Below are positions 37,401 to 46,152 of a stretch of DNA of 64,000 bases, piece by piece. The notes beneath the pieces were generated by a model. It searched no databases. It worked only from the letters and a program-made list of their open reading frames with translations, and had not been told where the DNA came from. This DNA is from Nitrosopumilus sp. (lineage in GTDB: Archaea > Thermoproteota > Nitrososphaeria > Nitrososphaerales > Nitrosopumilaceae). Numbering within the stretch: position 1 is the first letter of the stretch; every line of letters starts with the position of its first letter. The stretch lies in NCBI GenBank assembly GCA_965205215.1, contig OZ242041.1, forward strand, positions 1-64,000, written 5' to 3'. Position numbers and translations under genes: made by a program.

Positions 37401-40400
37401 CCGCCGTGGAGACGTCAAACGGGACGGTCAGGTCGTACTCGCTTACTTCGTCCCAGGTGGTACCCACCACGAACATCTTGGAGCCGTCGCCGGAGAACGC
37501 CATGCCCCGCGGAGCGGTCTCCTGCGCCCTGATGGAAAAGGAGTCGACGAATGCCGCCGTGGAGACGTCAAATACAGTGGACAGGACGTACTCGTTTACG
37601 TCGTCCCCGAAGCCACCCAGCACGAACATCCTGGTCCCGTCGCCGGAGAACGCCACGCTTTGCGGAGATCTCTCCTGCCCTCCGATGCCAAAGTCGCGGA
37701 CGAATGTGGCCGTGGAGACGTCGAATGCGGCGGACAGGGAGTACTCGTTTACGTCGTCCCCGGAACCGTCCACCACGAACATCCTGGTCCCGTCGCCGGA
37801 GAACGCCATGCCCCGCGGGGTGGTATCCTGCGCCCTGACGGAAAAGGAGTCGACGAACCTCGCCGTGGAGACGTCAAACGTGCCGACGATCGCGTTCCCT
37901 TCAGCATCCCGCACCGCCCCGGGCTCTATGGTCAGCTCCGGTACGGTCATTGCCGCGACCGTCCCGCGGTGCGATGGAGTGAGGGTGAACGATATGGCGG
38001 CAGAGTCCGTAGTGGTGTCAAGCTCGGCGGCAGTCAGCGTTATGCCGCCCGTGTAGTTGCCCGACTCCCTCACGTGTATCTTGGCAGATACGACGTTTGC
38101 CGCGGGCGTTACATCTACATCCTCCGAAAAGGTGATCGTCAGCACCCCCGTGGAACTGGCAAGCCCGGCGAAGAGGAACGCCGGGGGCGGGTCGGCCGGC
38201 TCTATCACCGTGATCGGGTAGACGGAGGCCAGGGAGTACTCGTTTACGTCGTTTCCGGTATCGCCCACCACGAACATCTTGGCGCCGTCGCCGGAGAACG
38301 CCACGCCTGATGGACGGGTCTCCTGCGCCCTGACGGAAAAGGCGTCGACGAACGTCGCCGTGGAGGCGTCGAATGCGGCGGACAGGGAGTACTCGTTTAC
38401 GTCGTCCCCGGCACCACCCAGCACGAACATCTTGGCGCCGTTGCCTGAGAACGCCACGTCCTCTGGGGCGGTATCCTGCCCCGAGACGTCGAATGCGTCG
38501 ACAAACGTCGCCGTGGAGGCGTCGAATGCAACGGACAGGGTATACTCGTTTACGTCCTCTCCGGCATGGCCCACCACGAACATCCTGGTCCCGTCGCCGG
38601 AGAACGCCATGCCCCGCGGAAGGGTCTCCTGCCCCGAGACGTCGAATGCGTCGACGAATGCAGCCGTGGAGGCGTCAAATGCGGTGGTCAGTCCGTACTC
38701 GTTTACGTCGTCCCCGTCAGAACCCAACACGAACATCCTGGCGCCGTCGCCGGAGAACGCCACGTCTTCTGGATAGGCATCCTGCCCCCCGACGCCAAAG
38801 GCGTCGACGAACCTCGCCGTGGAGGCGTCAAATGCGGCGGACAGTGTATACTCGTTTACGTCGTCCCCGGCAGTGCCCACCACGAACATCCTGGCGCCGT
38901 CGCCTGAGAACGCCACGCCTGACGGACTGGCCTCCTGCGCCGAGACGTCAAATGCGTCGACGAACCTCGCCGTGGAGACGTCAAACGTGCCGACTATCGT
39001 ATTGCCGTCAGTGTCTTGCACCGCCCCGGGCTCTATGGTCAGCTCCGGTACGGTCATTGCCGCGACCGCCTCACGGTGCGGTGTGGTGAGGGCGAACGAT
39101 ACGGTGGCAGAGTCGGCATCCGTAACAAGCTCGGCCGCAGTCAGCGTTATGCCGCCCGCGTAGCTGCCCGACTCCCTCACGTGTATCTTGGCAGATACGA
39201 CGTTTGTTTCGGGCGTGGCGTCTATGGTTTCTGAAAAGGTGATCGCCAGCACCCCCGTGGACGTGTCAAGTGAGGATAAGACGAACTCCGGGGGCGGGCT
39301 GGCGGGGGGAGTCGCGCCCCGCACCGTTACGGTGACGGCGTCCGTGTCAGTCTGCGAGGCCGCATTGGTTACGGTAAGGGCGAATACCAGGGTGGCCGCA
39401 CTGCCGGGGGCGGCGAACGTGGGCGAGGCCGTGTTGCCGCCTGCAAGCGTTACGGTGGCGCCCGAGGTCTGGCTCCACGAGTATCCGGTGGCGCCAGTCG
39501 AGCCCGAGCCGTCAAGCGTTACGGTGGAGCCGGCAGGTACAGTCTGGTCGGGGCCGGCGTCGGCATCCAGGGGCGGGGCCTGCGAGACGTCCCGTATGGC
39601 AAGCGCCATGGAATCAGTCGCCTGCAGGGCGCCGTCGCTCACGGTCAGGCTCAGCGTAACCGCGGCGTCCGAGTCCACCTGCGGAAGCGTGACTGCGGGG
39701 TTGAGCGCGGACGTGTCCGAGAACGTTACGACAGGCGACGCCGGGGACTGGCTCCAGGAATACGTCAGGGCGTCGCCGTCGGGGTCCGACGCGGCGGCGC
39801 CGGGCGAAAACGTCTCCCCCTCGTCAAGGGCGCGGTCTGCGCCGGCGTCCGCAACCGGGGCCTGGTTGGCAGGGTCTGCCACCGTGATCGGGTAGACGGA
39901 GGCCAGGGCGTACTCGTTTACGTCGTCTTCGGCACTGCCCGTCACGAACATCCTGGAGCCGTCGCCGGAGAATGTGACGCCTGTCGGGTTGTTGTCCTGC
40001 CCCGAGACGTCGAATGCGCCGGCGTGGGTCGCCGTGGAGACGTCGAATGCGGCGGACAGGCGGTACTCGTGTACGTCGCCACTGCCGGTGCCCGTCACGA
40101 ACATCCTGGAGCCGTCGGCTGAGAACGCCACGCCCGTCGGAAAGGTGTCCTGCCCCCCGACGAAAAAGGAGTCGACGAACGTCGCCGTGGAGGCGTCAAA
40201 CGGGAAGGACAGGGTGTACTCGTTTACGTCGTCCCCGTTAGTACCCAGCACGAACATCTTGGTGCCGTCGGCTGAGAACGCCACGTCCTGCGGGACGGTC
40301 TCCTGCGCCCTGACGTCGAACGCGTCGACGAATGTCCTCGTGGAGGCGTCAAATGCGGTGGACAGGTCGTACTCGTTTACGCCGCTCCGTTGGGTGCCCA

Positions 40401-43400
40401 CCACGAACATCTTGGAGCCGTCGCCGGAGAACGCCATGCCCGTTGGGGTGGTCTCCTGCGCCGAGACGGAGGTGTCGTCGACGAATGTAGCCGTGGAGGC
40501 GTCGAATGCGGTGGACAGGTCGTACTCGTTTATGTCCTCTCCGAGAAAGCCCACCACGAACATCTTGGAGCCGTCGCCGGAGAACGCGACGTCCGCTGGA
40601 ACGCCGTCCTGCCCCGAGACGTCGAATGCGTCGACGAACGTCGCCGTGGTGACGTCAAACGTGCCGACTATCGTATTGCCGGCGGTGTCTTGCACCGCCC
40701 CGGGCTCTATGGTAAGCTCCGGTTCGGTCATTGCCGCGACCGTCTCGTTGTGCGGTGTAGTGAGGGTGAACGATACGGTTGCAGAGTCCGTAGTGGTGTC
40801 AAGCTCGGAGGCAGTCAGCGTTATGCCGCCCGTATGGTTGCCTGACTCCCTCACGTGTATCTTGGAGGTGTCGACGTTTGCCGCGGGCGTGACGTCCACA
40901 TCCTCCGAAAAGGTGATCGTCAGCGCCCCCGTGGACGGGTCAAGCACGGAGGAGACGAACGCCGGGGGCGGATCCACGTTGTTTACGGTGACGGTTACGG
41001 TATCGGGGGGCGAGTCGGCGGTCCCGTCGTTCACCACGAGCGTGAACGTGATGCCGGTGGACGACGTGACATCCGGCGCGGTAAACGTCGGGCTCTCGCC
41101 CGTCAGGGTGATCCGCGGGGTGCTGTCGCTCGTCCACGAGTACTCCAGGGTGTCGCCGGAATCGGGATCGGAGGAGCCCGAGCCGTCCAGGGTGACCGTG
41201 GAGCCCTCGTTTACCGTCCGGTCGAGGCCGGCGTCCGCAGTCGGCGGGCGGTTGGCCAGCGTGATCGGGTAGACGGAGGCCAGGTCGTACTCGTTTATGT
41301 CCTCTCCGAGAAAGCCCACCACGAACATCTTGGAGCCGTCGCCGGAGAACGCGACGTCCGCTGGAACGCCGTCCTGCCCCGAGACGTCGAATGCGTCGAC
41401 GAATGCAGCCGTGGAGGCGTCGAATGCGGAGGACAGGGCATACTCGTTTACGTCGTCTTCGGCACTGTCCACCACGAACATCCTGGAGCCGTCGCTTGAG
41501 AACGCCACGCCCGTGGGATTGGACGCCTGCGCCGAGACGTCGAATGCGCCGGCGTGGGTCGCCGTGGAGACGTCGAACGCGGCGGTCAGGGAGTACTCGT
41601 GTACGTCGCCACTGCCGGTGCCAGTCACGAACATCCTGGAGCCGTCGGCTGAGAACGCCACGCCCGTCGGAAAGGTGTCCTGCCCCCCGACGAAAAAGGA
41701 GTCGACGAACGTCGCCGTGGAGGCGTCAAACGGGGGGGACAGTCCGTACTCGTTTACGTCGTCCCCGTTAGCACCCAGCACGAACATCTTGGTGCCGTCG
41801 GCTGAGAACGCCACGTCCTGCGGACTGGTCTCCTGCTCCCTGACGTCGAACGCGTCGACGAATGTCCTCGTGGAGGCGTCAAATGCGGTGGACAGGGTGT
41901 ACTCGTTTACGTCGCTCCCTTGGGTGCCCGTCACGAACATCTTGGAGCCGTCGCCGGAGAACGCCATGCCCGTTGGGGTGGTCTCCTGCGCCGAGACGGA
42001 GGTGTCGTCGACAAAGTCCGCCGTGGAGACGTCAAACGTGCCGACTATCGTATTGCCGGCGGCGTCCTTGACGGCCCCGGGCTCCATGGTCAGCTCCGGT
42101 ACGGTCATTGCCGCGACCGCTTCGCGGTGCGATGTGGTAAGGGTGAACGATACGGTTGCAGAGTCCGTAGTGGTGCCGAGCTCGGAGGCAGCCAGCGTTA
42201 TGCCGCCCGTGTAGCTGCCCGACTCCCTCACGTGTATCTTGGAGGTGTCGACGTTTGCCGCGGGCGTGACGTCCACATCCTCCGAAAAGGTGATCGCCAG
42301 CGCCCCCGTGGACGTGTCAAGTGTGGAGGAGACGAACTTCGGGGGCGGGTCATGTACCACGTTGTCTACGGTTATGGTTACGGTGTCGGGTGGCGAGTCG
42401 GCGGTCCCGTCGCTTACCACGAGCGTGAACGTGATGTCGGTGGACGACGTGACAAACGGCGCCGTAAACGTCGGGCGCTCGCCCGCCAGGGTGATCTGCG
42501 GGGTGCTGTCGCTCGTCCACGAGTACTCCAAGGTGGCGCCAAAGTCGGGATCGGAGGAGCCCGAGCCGTCAAGCGTCACGGTGGCTCCCTCGTTTACCGT
42601 CTGGCCGGGGCCGGCGTCCGCAGTCGGCGGGTGGTTGTCCACTACAATCGGGTAGACGGAGGCCAGGTCGTACTCGTTTACGGCGTCTTCGGCACTGCCC
42701 ACCACGAACATCTTGGTGCCGTCGCTTGAGAATGCCATGCCTGTTGGAGTGGCCTCCTGCGCCTCGACACTAAAGGCGTCGACGAACGTCGCCGTGGAGA
42801 TGTCGAATGCGGTGGACAGGGTGTACTCGTTTACGTCGTTTCCGTCATTGCCCAGCACGAACATCTTGGAGCCGTCGCCGGATAACGCCACGTCTTGTGG
42901 ACTGGAATCCTGCGCCGAGACGGAGGTGTCGTCGACGAACGTCGCCGTGGAGATGTCGAATGCGGTGGACAGGGTGTACTCGTTTACGGCGTCTAGGCCA
43001 GTACCCACCACGAACATCTTGGAGCCGTTGCCTGAGAACGCCACGCCTCCCAAAAGGAGATGCCCCGGGAGGTCAAAGGTGTGGACGTATTCCGCCGTGG
43101 AGGCGTCGAATGCGGTGGACAGGGAGTACTCGTGTACGTCGCCACTGGAAACACCCACCACGAACATCTTGGAGCCGTCGCCTGAGAACGCCACGCCTTC
43201 TGGATCGGTCTCATTCCCCGAGACGTCAAAGGCGTCGACGAACGTCGCCGTGGAGACGTTGAATGCAGTGGACAGGGTGTACTCGTTTACGTCGTCCCCG
43301 GCACCACCCAGCACGAACATCTTGGAGCCGTCGCCGGATAACGCCACGCCTGTTGGACGGGTCTCCTGCCCCGAGACGTCAAATGCGTCGACGAATGTAG

Positions 43401-46152
43401 CCGCGGAGACGTCAAACGTGCTGACGATCGCGTTCCCGTCAGTGTCTTGCACCGCCCCGGGATCTATGGTCAGTTCCGGCGTGGTCATCCCCGCGACCGT
43501 TGTACGGTGCGGCGTGGTGAGGGTGAACGATATGGTGGCAGAGTCGGCAGTCGTGCCAAGCTCGGAGGCAGTCAGCGTTATGCCGCCAGTATAGTTGCCC
43601 GACTCCCTCACGTGTATCTTGGCAGCATCCACGCTTGCCGCGGGCGTTACATCTACAACCTCTGAAAAGGTGATCGTCAGCACCCCGGTGGACGGGTCAA
43701 ACCCGGCGGAGACGAACTTCGGGGGCGTGTCGGCCAGGTCGGTGGCAGGCGGGGCCCCGGAGACCTCCACCTCGACAGTCCGCCAGTTGCTGCCGCTCTC
43801 GAAGACCAAGAAGCCCGTGGCCGTCACGTTGGCCGTGTACCGGCGGTTCTCGTCTGGGGCGGCCTTGAAGGCGAGCGTGTCGCCTTTGAACTCGAAGAGG
43901 TTCGAGTCGCCGCCGTCCACAATGGTATAGGCGGGGCCGTGCTGGTTCAGGGGATTGTTCTGGGCCATGATCCCGGTGACGTTCAGCGAGGAGCCGGAGG
44001 CGTCAAACTCGGCGGTGCCCGGCGTGATGTACCAGTTCCCCAGGTTCTGGTCAAAGTCGGCGGCGTTAAAGAACATGCTGGACATGGTGGTGACGCCAGA
44101 GACGTCCCAGGTCGATATGTTGCCGTTGAAGGAGGAGGCGCCGAAAAACATGCCGGACATGTCGGTGACGTCAGAGACGTCCCATCCGTCGAGGGGCTGG
44201 TTGAAGTCGGCGGCGTTAAAGAACATGCTGGACATGTCGGTGACCGAGGAGACGTCCCATCCGTCGAGGGGCTGGTTGAAGTCGGCGGCGCCGGAGAACA
44301 TGCTGTGCATGGTGGTGACGCCAGAGACGTCCCAGGAGCCGATTGCGCCGTTGAAGGAGGAGGCGCCGAGGAACATCTCCCACATGCTACTCACGCCCTC
44401 CAGGTTGGGCTTGTCTGTCGCGTTGTAGGCCATGCTGCTTGCATCCTCAAAGGCGCTGTCCATGCTGGCCCACGAGCTGTTGCCCCACTGCTGGATGTAG
44501 GCCAGCCTCGCGGCGTTCGCCGGCGGGGTGGATCCAAGGTCTATCCGGGTCAGCCCGCCGGTCACCGAGACGGTGTAGGTGCCGGCCTCCTCGTAGGTAT
44601 GGGACTGGCGGCTGGAGACGCCGGTGGTGTCGGCGGTGCCGTCGCCCCACGATATGGTGATGCCGGACCCGCTGACGGGCAGCGTTATCTGCTGGTTGGC
44701 CGAGGTAGTGGTCCAGGTGGTGACAAAGGCGTGGGCGGGCGGGTCGTCCGGGTCGGCGGGCGGGCCGCCGTCCGACAACGTGATGTTGTAGACGGAGGCT
44801 AGGTCGTACTCGTTTATGTCGTTTCCGTCATTACCCGCCACGAACATCTTGGCGCCGTCGCCGGAGAACGCCACGTCTTGTGGAGAGTCATCCTGCCCAC
44901 TGACGGAAAAGGAGTCGACGAATGTCGCCGTGGAGACGTCGAATGCGGTGGACAGGTCGTACTCGTTTATGTCGTCTCCGTCATTACCCGCCACGAACAT
45001 CTTGGCGCCGTTGCCTGAGAACGCCACGCCTGTTGGAACGGTATCCTGCTCCCCGACGAAAAAGGAGTCGACGAACGTCGCCGTGGAGGCGTCAAATGCG
45101 GCGGTCAGGGAGTACTCGTTTATGTCGTCTCCGTCACCACCCACCACGAACATCTTGGCGCCGTTGCCTGAGAACGCCACGCCTGTTGGAAAGGTGTCCT
45201 GCCCCCTGACGGAAATGGCGCTGCCGGCTGTAGCCGTGGAGACGTTGAATGCGGTGGACAGCAAGTACTCGGTTACTTTGGTGTTGCTGTTACCCACCAT
45301 GAACATCTTGGCGCCGTCGCCGGAGAACGCCACGCCTGCTGGATATTCATCCTGCGCCCCGATGTTAAAGTCGCGGACGAAGGTCGCCGTGGAGACGTCG
45401 AATGCGGTGGACAGGGAGTACTCGTTTACGTAGGCACGGGTCTCGCCCACCATGAACATCTTGGTCCCGTCGCCGGAGAACGCCACGCCTGTTGGAAAGG
45501 TGTCCTGCCCCCCGACGGAAAAGGAGTCGACGAATGTAGCCGTGGAGACGTCAAACGTGCCGGCGATTGGATTGCCGTCAGTGTCCTTGACGGCCCCGGG
45601 GTCTATGGTCAGCTCCGGTACAGTCATTGCCGTGACCGCTTCACGGTGCGGTGTAGTGAGGGTGAACGATACGGTGTCAGAGTCGGCAGTCGTGCCGAGC
45701 TCGGAGGCAGCCAGCGTTATGCCGCCCGTGTAGCTGCCCGACTCCCTCACGTGTATCTTGGAGGCGTCCACGTTTGATGCGGGCGTTACGTCTATAATTT
45801 CAGAAAAGGTGATCGTCAGCACCCTCGTGGACGGGTCAAGTGTGGAGGATACGAACGCCGGGGGCCCCGTCTGGGCCCACGCGTAACCCGGCATGAATCC
45901 GTGTCCCGCCGGATGCGGCGCCATGTACGGCTCAAGATCCTGCTGCATCAGCAGGTGGCCTGCAGACGCGGCTGCCAGCAGCAGCAGCACCGCCGCCAGC
46001 ACGGCCGTCGCCCGGAGCCCGGACGCGCCGCGGCGCCGGGCCCGCGGCGCCCTCCCCCGGGCCGCGCGCGCAGGGCCGCCCGCCGACGCCGCGGACGCGG
46101 GGATCGCCGCGCTGGTCTGGCCGGTCCCCGGCCCGCGCCTCGCGGGCGTCAT
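34462..46152 (-). CDS. Giant secreted repeat protein B (3896 aa): 6x Ig-like+5-blade propeller, DUF285/BspA-type block, PKD-like domains, polyproline, divergent propeller, FN3
   Basis: Same leader as gene C; repeats read directly from the translation. Confidence 0.9.
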   Translation of the reverse strand: MTPARRGPGTGQTSAAIPASAASAGGPARAARGRAPRARRRGASGLRATAVLAAVLLLLAAASAGHLLMQQDLEPYMAPHPAGHGFMPGYAWAQTGPPAFVSSTLDPSTRVLTITFSEIIDVTPASNVDASKIHVRESGSYTGGITLAASELGTTADSDTVSFTLTTPHREAVTAMTVPELTIDPGAVKDTDGNPIAGTFDVSTATFVDSFSVGGQDTFPTGVAFSGDGTKMFMVGETRAYVNEYSLSTAFDVSTATFVRDFNIGAQDEYPAGVAFSGDGAKMFMVGNSNTKVTEYLLSTAFNVSTATAGSAISVRGQDTFPTGVAFSGNGAKMFVVGGDGDDINEYSLTAAFDASTATFVDSFFVGEQDTVPTGVAFSGNGAKMFVAGNDGDDINEYDLSTAFDVSTATFVDSFSVSGQDDSPQDVAFSGDGAKMFVAGNDGNDINEYDLASVYNITLSDGGPPADPDDPPAHAFVTTWTTTSANQQITLPVSGSGITISWGDGTADTTGVSSRQSHTYEEAGTYTVSVTGGLTRIDLGSTPPANAARLAYIQQWGNSSWASMDSAFEDASSMAYNATDKPNLEGVSSMWEMFLGASSFNGAIGSWDVSGVTTMHSMFSGAADFNQPLDGWDVSSVTDMSSMFFNAADFNQPLDGWDVSDVTDMSGMFFGASSFNGNISTWDVSGVTTMSSMFFNAADFDQNLGNWYITPGTAEFDASGSSLNVTGIMAQNNPLNQHGPAYTIVDGGDSNLFEFKGDTLAFKAAPDENRRYTANVTATGFLVFESGSNWRTVEVEVSGAPPATDLADTPPKFVSAGFDPSTGVLTITFSEVVDVTPAASVDAAKIHVRESGNYTGGITLTASELGTTADSATISFTLTTPHRTTVAGMTTPELTIDPGAVQDTDGNAIVSTFDVSAATFVDAFDVSGQETRPTGVALSGDGSKMFVLGGAGDDVNEYTLSTAFNVSTATFVDAFDVSGNETDPEGVAFSGDGSKMFVVGVSSGDVHEYSLSTAFDASTAEYVHTFDLPGHLLLGGVAFSGNGSKMFVVGTGLDAVNEYTLSTAFDISTATFVDDTSVSAQDSSPQDVALSGDGSKMFVLGNDGNDVNEYTLSTAFDISTATFVDAFSVEAQEATPTGMAFSSDGTKMFVVGSAEDAVNEYDLASVYPIVVDNHPPTADAGPGQTVNEGATVTLDGSGSSDPDFGATLEYSWTSDSTPQITLAGERPTFTAPFVTSSTDITFTLVVSDGTADSPPDTVTITVDNVVHDPPPKFVSSTLDTSTGALAITFSEDVDVTPAANVDTSKIHVRESGSYTGGITLAASELGTTTDSATVSFTLTTSHREAVAAMTVPELTMEPGAVKDAAGNTIVGTFDVSTADFVDDTSVSAQETTPTGMAFSGDGSKMFVTGTQGSDVNEYTLSTAFDASTRTFVDAFDVREQETSPQDVAFSADGTKMFVLGANGDDVNEYGLSPPFDASTATFVDSFFVGGQDTFPTGVAFSADGSRMFVTGTGSGDVHEYSLTAAFDVSTATHAGAFDVSAQASNPTGVAFSSDGSRMFVVDSAEDDVNEYALSSAFDASTAAFVDAFDVSGQDGVPADVAFSGDGSKMFVVGFLGEDINEYDLASVYPITLANRPPTADAGLDRTVNEGSTVTLDGSGSSDPDSGDTLEYSWTSDSTPRITLTGESPTFTAPDVTSSTGITFTLVVNDGTADSPPDTVTVTVNNVDPPPAFVSSVLDPSTGALTITFSEDVDVTPAANVDTSKIHVRESGNHTGGITLTASELDTTTDSATVSFTLTTPHNETVAAMTEPELTIEPGAVQDTAGNTIVGTFDVTTATFVDAFDVSGQDGVPADVAFSGDGSKMFVVGFLGEDINEYDLSTAFDASTATFVDDTSVSAQETTPTGMAFSGDGSKMFVVGTQRSGVNEYDLSTAFDASTRTFVDAFDVRAQETVPQDVAFSADGTKMFVLGTNGDDVNEYTLSFPFDASTATFVDSFFVGGQDTFPTGVAFSADGSRMFVTGTGSGDVHEYRLSAAFDVSTATHAGAFDVSGQDNNPTGVTFSGDGSRMFVTGSAEDDVNEYALASVYPITVADPANQAPVADAGADRALDEGETFSPGAAASDPDGDALTYSWSQSPASPVVTFSDTSALNPAVTLPQVDSDAAVTLSLTVSDGALQATDSMALAIRDVSQAPPLDADAGPDQTVPAGSTVTLDGSGSTGATGYSWSQTSGATVTLAGGNTASPTFAAPGSAATLVFALTVTNAASQTDTDAVTVTVRGATPPASPPPEFVLSSLDTSTGVLAITFSETIDATPETNVVSAKIHVRESGSYAGGITLTAAELVTDADSATVSFALTTPHREAVAAMTVPELTIEPGAVQDTDGNTIVGTFDVSTARFVDAFDVSAQEASPSGVAFSGDGARMFVVGTAGDDVNEYTLSAAFDASTARFVDAFGVGGQDAYPEDVAFSGDGARMFVLGSDGDDVNEYGLTTAFDASTAAFVDAFDVSGQETLPRGMAFSGDGTRMFVVGHAGEDVNEYTLSVAFDASTATFVDAFDVSGQDTAPEDVAFSGNGAKMFVLGGAGDDVNEYSLSAAFDASTATFVDAFSVRAQETRPSGVAFSGDGAKMFVVGDTGNDVNEYSLASVYPITVIEPADPPPAFLFAGLASSTGVLTITFSEDVDVTPAANVVSAKIHVRESGNYTGGITLTAAELDTTTDSAAISFTLTPSHRGTVAAMTVPELTIEPGAVRDAEGNAIVGTFDVSTARFVDSFSVRAQDTTPRGMAFSGDGTRMFVVDGSGDDVNEYSLSAAFDVSTATFVRDFGIGGQERSPQSVAFSGDGTRMFVLGGFGDDVNEYVLSTVFDVSTAAFVDSFSIRAQETAPRGMAFSGDGSKMFVVGTTWDEVSEYDLTVPFDVSTAAFVDSFSVRAQETLPSGVAFSGDGSKMFVVGFDGDAVNEYNLTAAFDVSTATFVRDFDVSAQEDYPEDVAFSGDGAKMFVLGNNGNDVNEYDLRSVYPIAVADRGVPLPNLPPTADAGADRTVSEGATVRLDGSRSSDPNPGDTLTYSWAQTSGTPTVTLSSATAASPTFTAPAVDSQQRIVFTLTVSDGTLTDTDTVVITVLDAQQQPTPPPPPPPPPPPPPPPPPPPPTNQPPVANAGTDQTVNEGVTVTLDGSRSSDPNPGDTITYSWAQTSGTPTVTLSSATAASPTFVAPSVTSDTDIVFALTVSDGALTATDTVTITVQNVTGGNLPPVADAGADQTAYEGDTVTLDGSGSTDPDSDPLTYSWTQTAGTPAVTLSSATAASPTFVAPSVTSGTDIVFALTVSDGALTATDTVVITVNDIPPNRPPVADAGDDQTVSEGVTVTLDGTGSEDPDSDDLSYLWTSDGTPRITLTGPTPVFTAPSVTSGTDIVFTLAVFDGALTATDTVTITVRDVPSTPMGAGLAPENVTMVTLPNATITDAAMSYNGSILIITAAPTTGAANGTILSYDLTVPHDPASAVFRNDTVDIPAEYGQPTSITVSLDGMKMFVTTGASAGASASAMQPPVPALFGYGGPAGIAPAFLPPSSSPSPRAAAVPLHPASSHDVAHAYILEYSLSTPFDISTAFLSDPAVLSSSQFSAPAGAAFSHNGTIMYAAVPAPRGGGFILSYALETPFDPSSGAPADSLTIPPSYGSISDVAISADGTVLLVTASARAGSGTVLSYALSAPFDLPPPGTAPAASIPVPAASDSPVGVAFFAGDSRALVSATFTPAADPGSPRGVQLPDRQADTPPPPANLANATVTASTAVLSWDAPTGDTPVTGYVILYRIPAVQPELIVLVPDTGSADTSYVVRGLAPGTTYEFAVAALGPGGTSEHSIPVIITTLAAGDDDDDGPGGMPDPPVTPPQPVAPRVCR

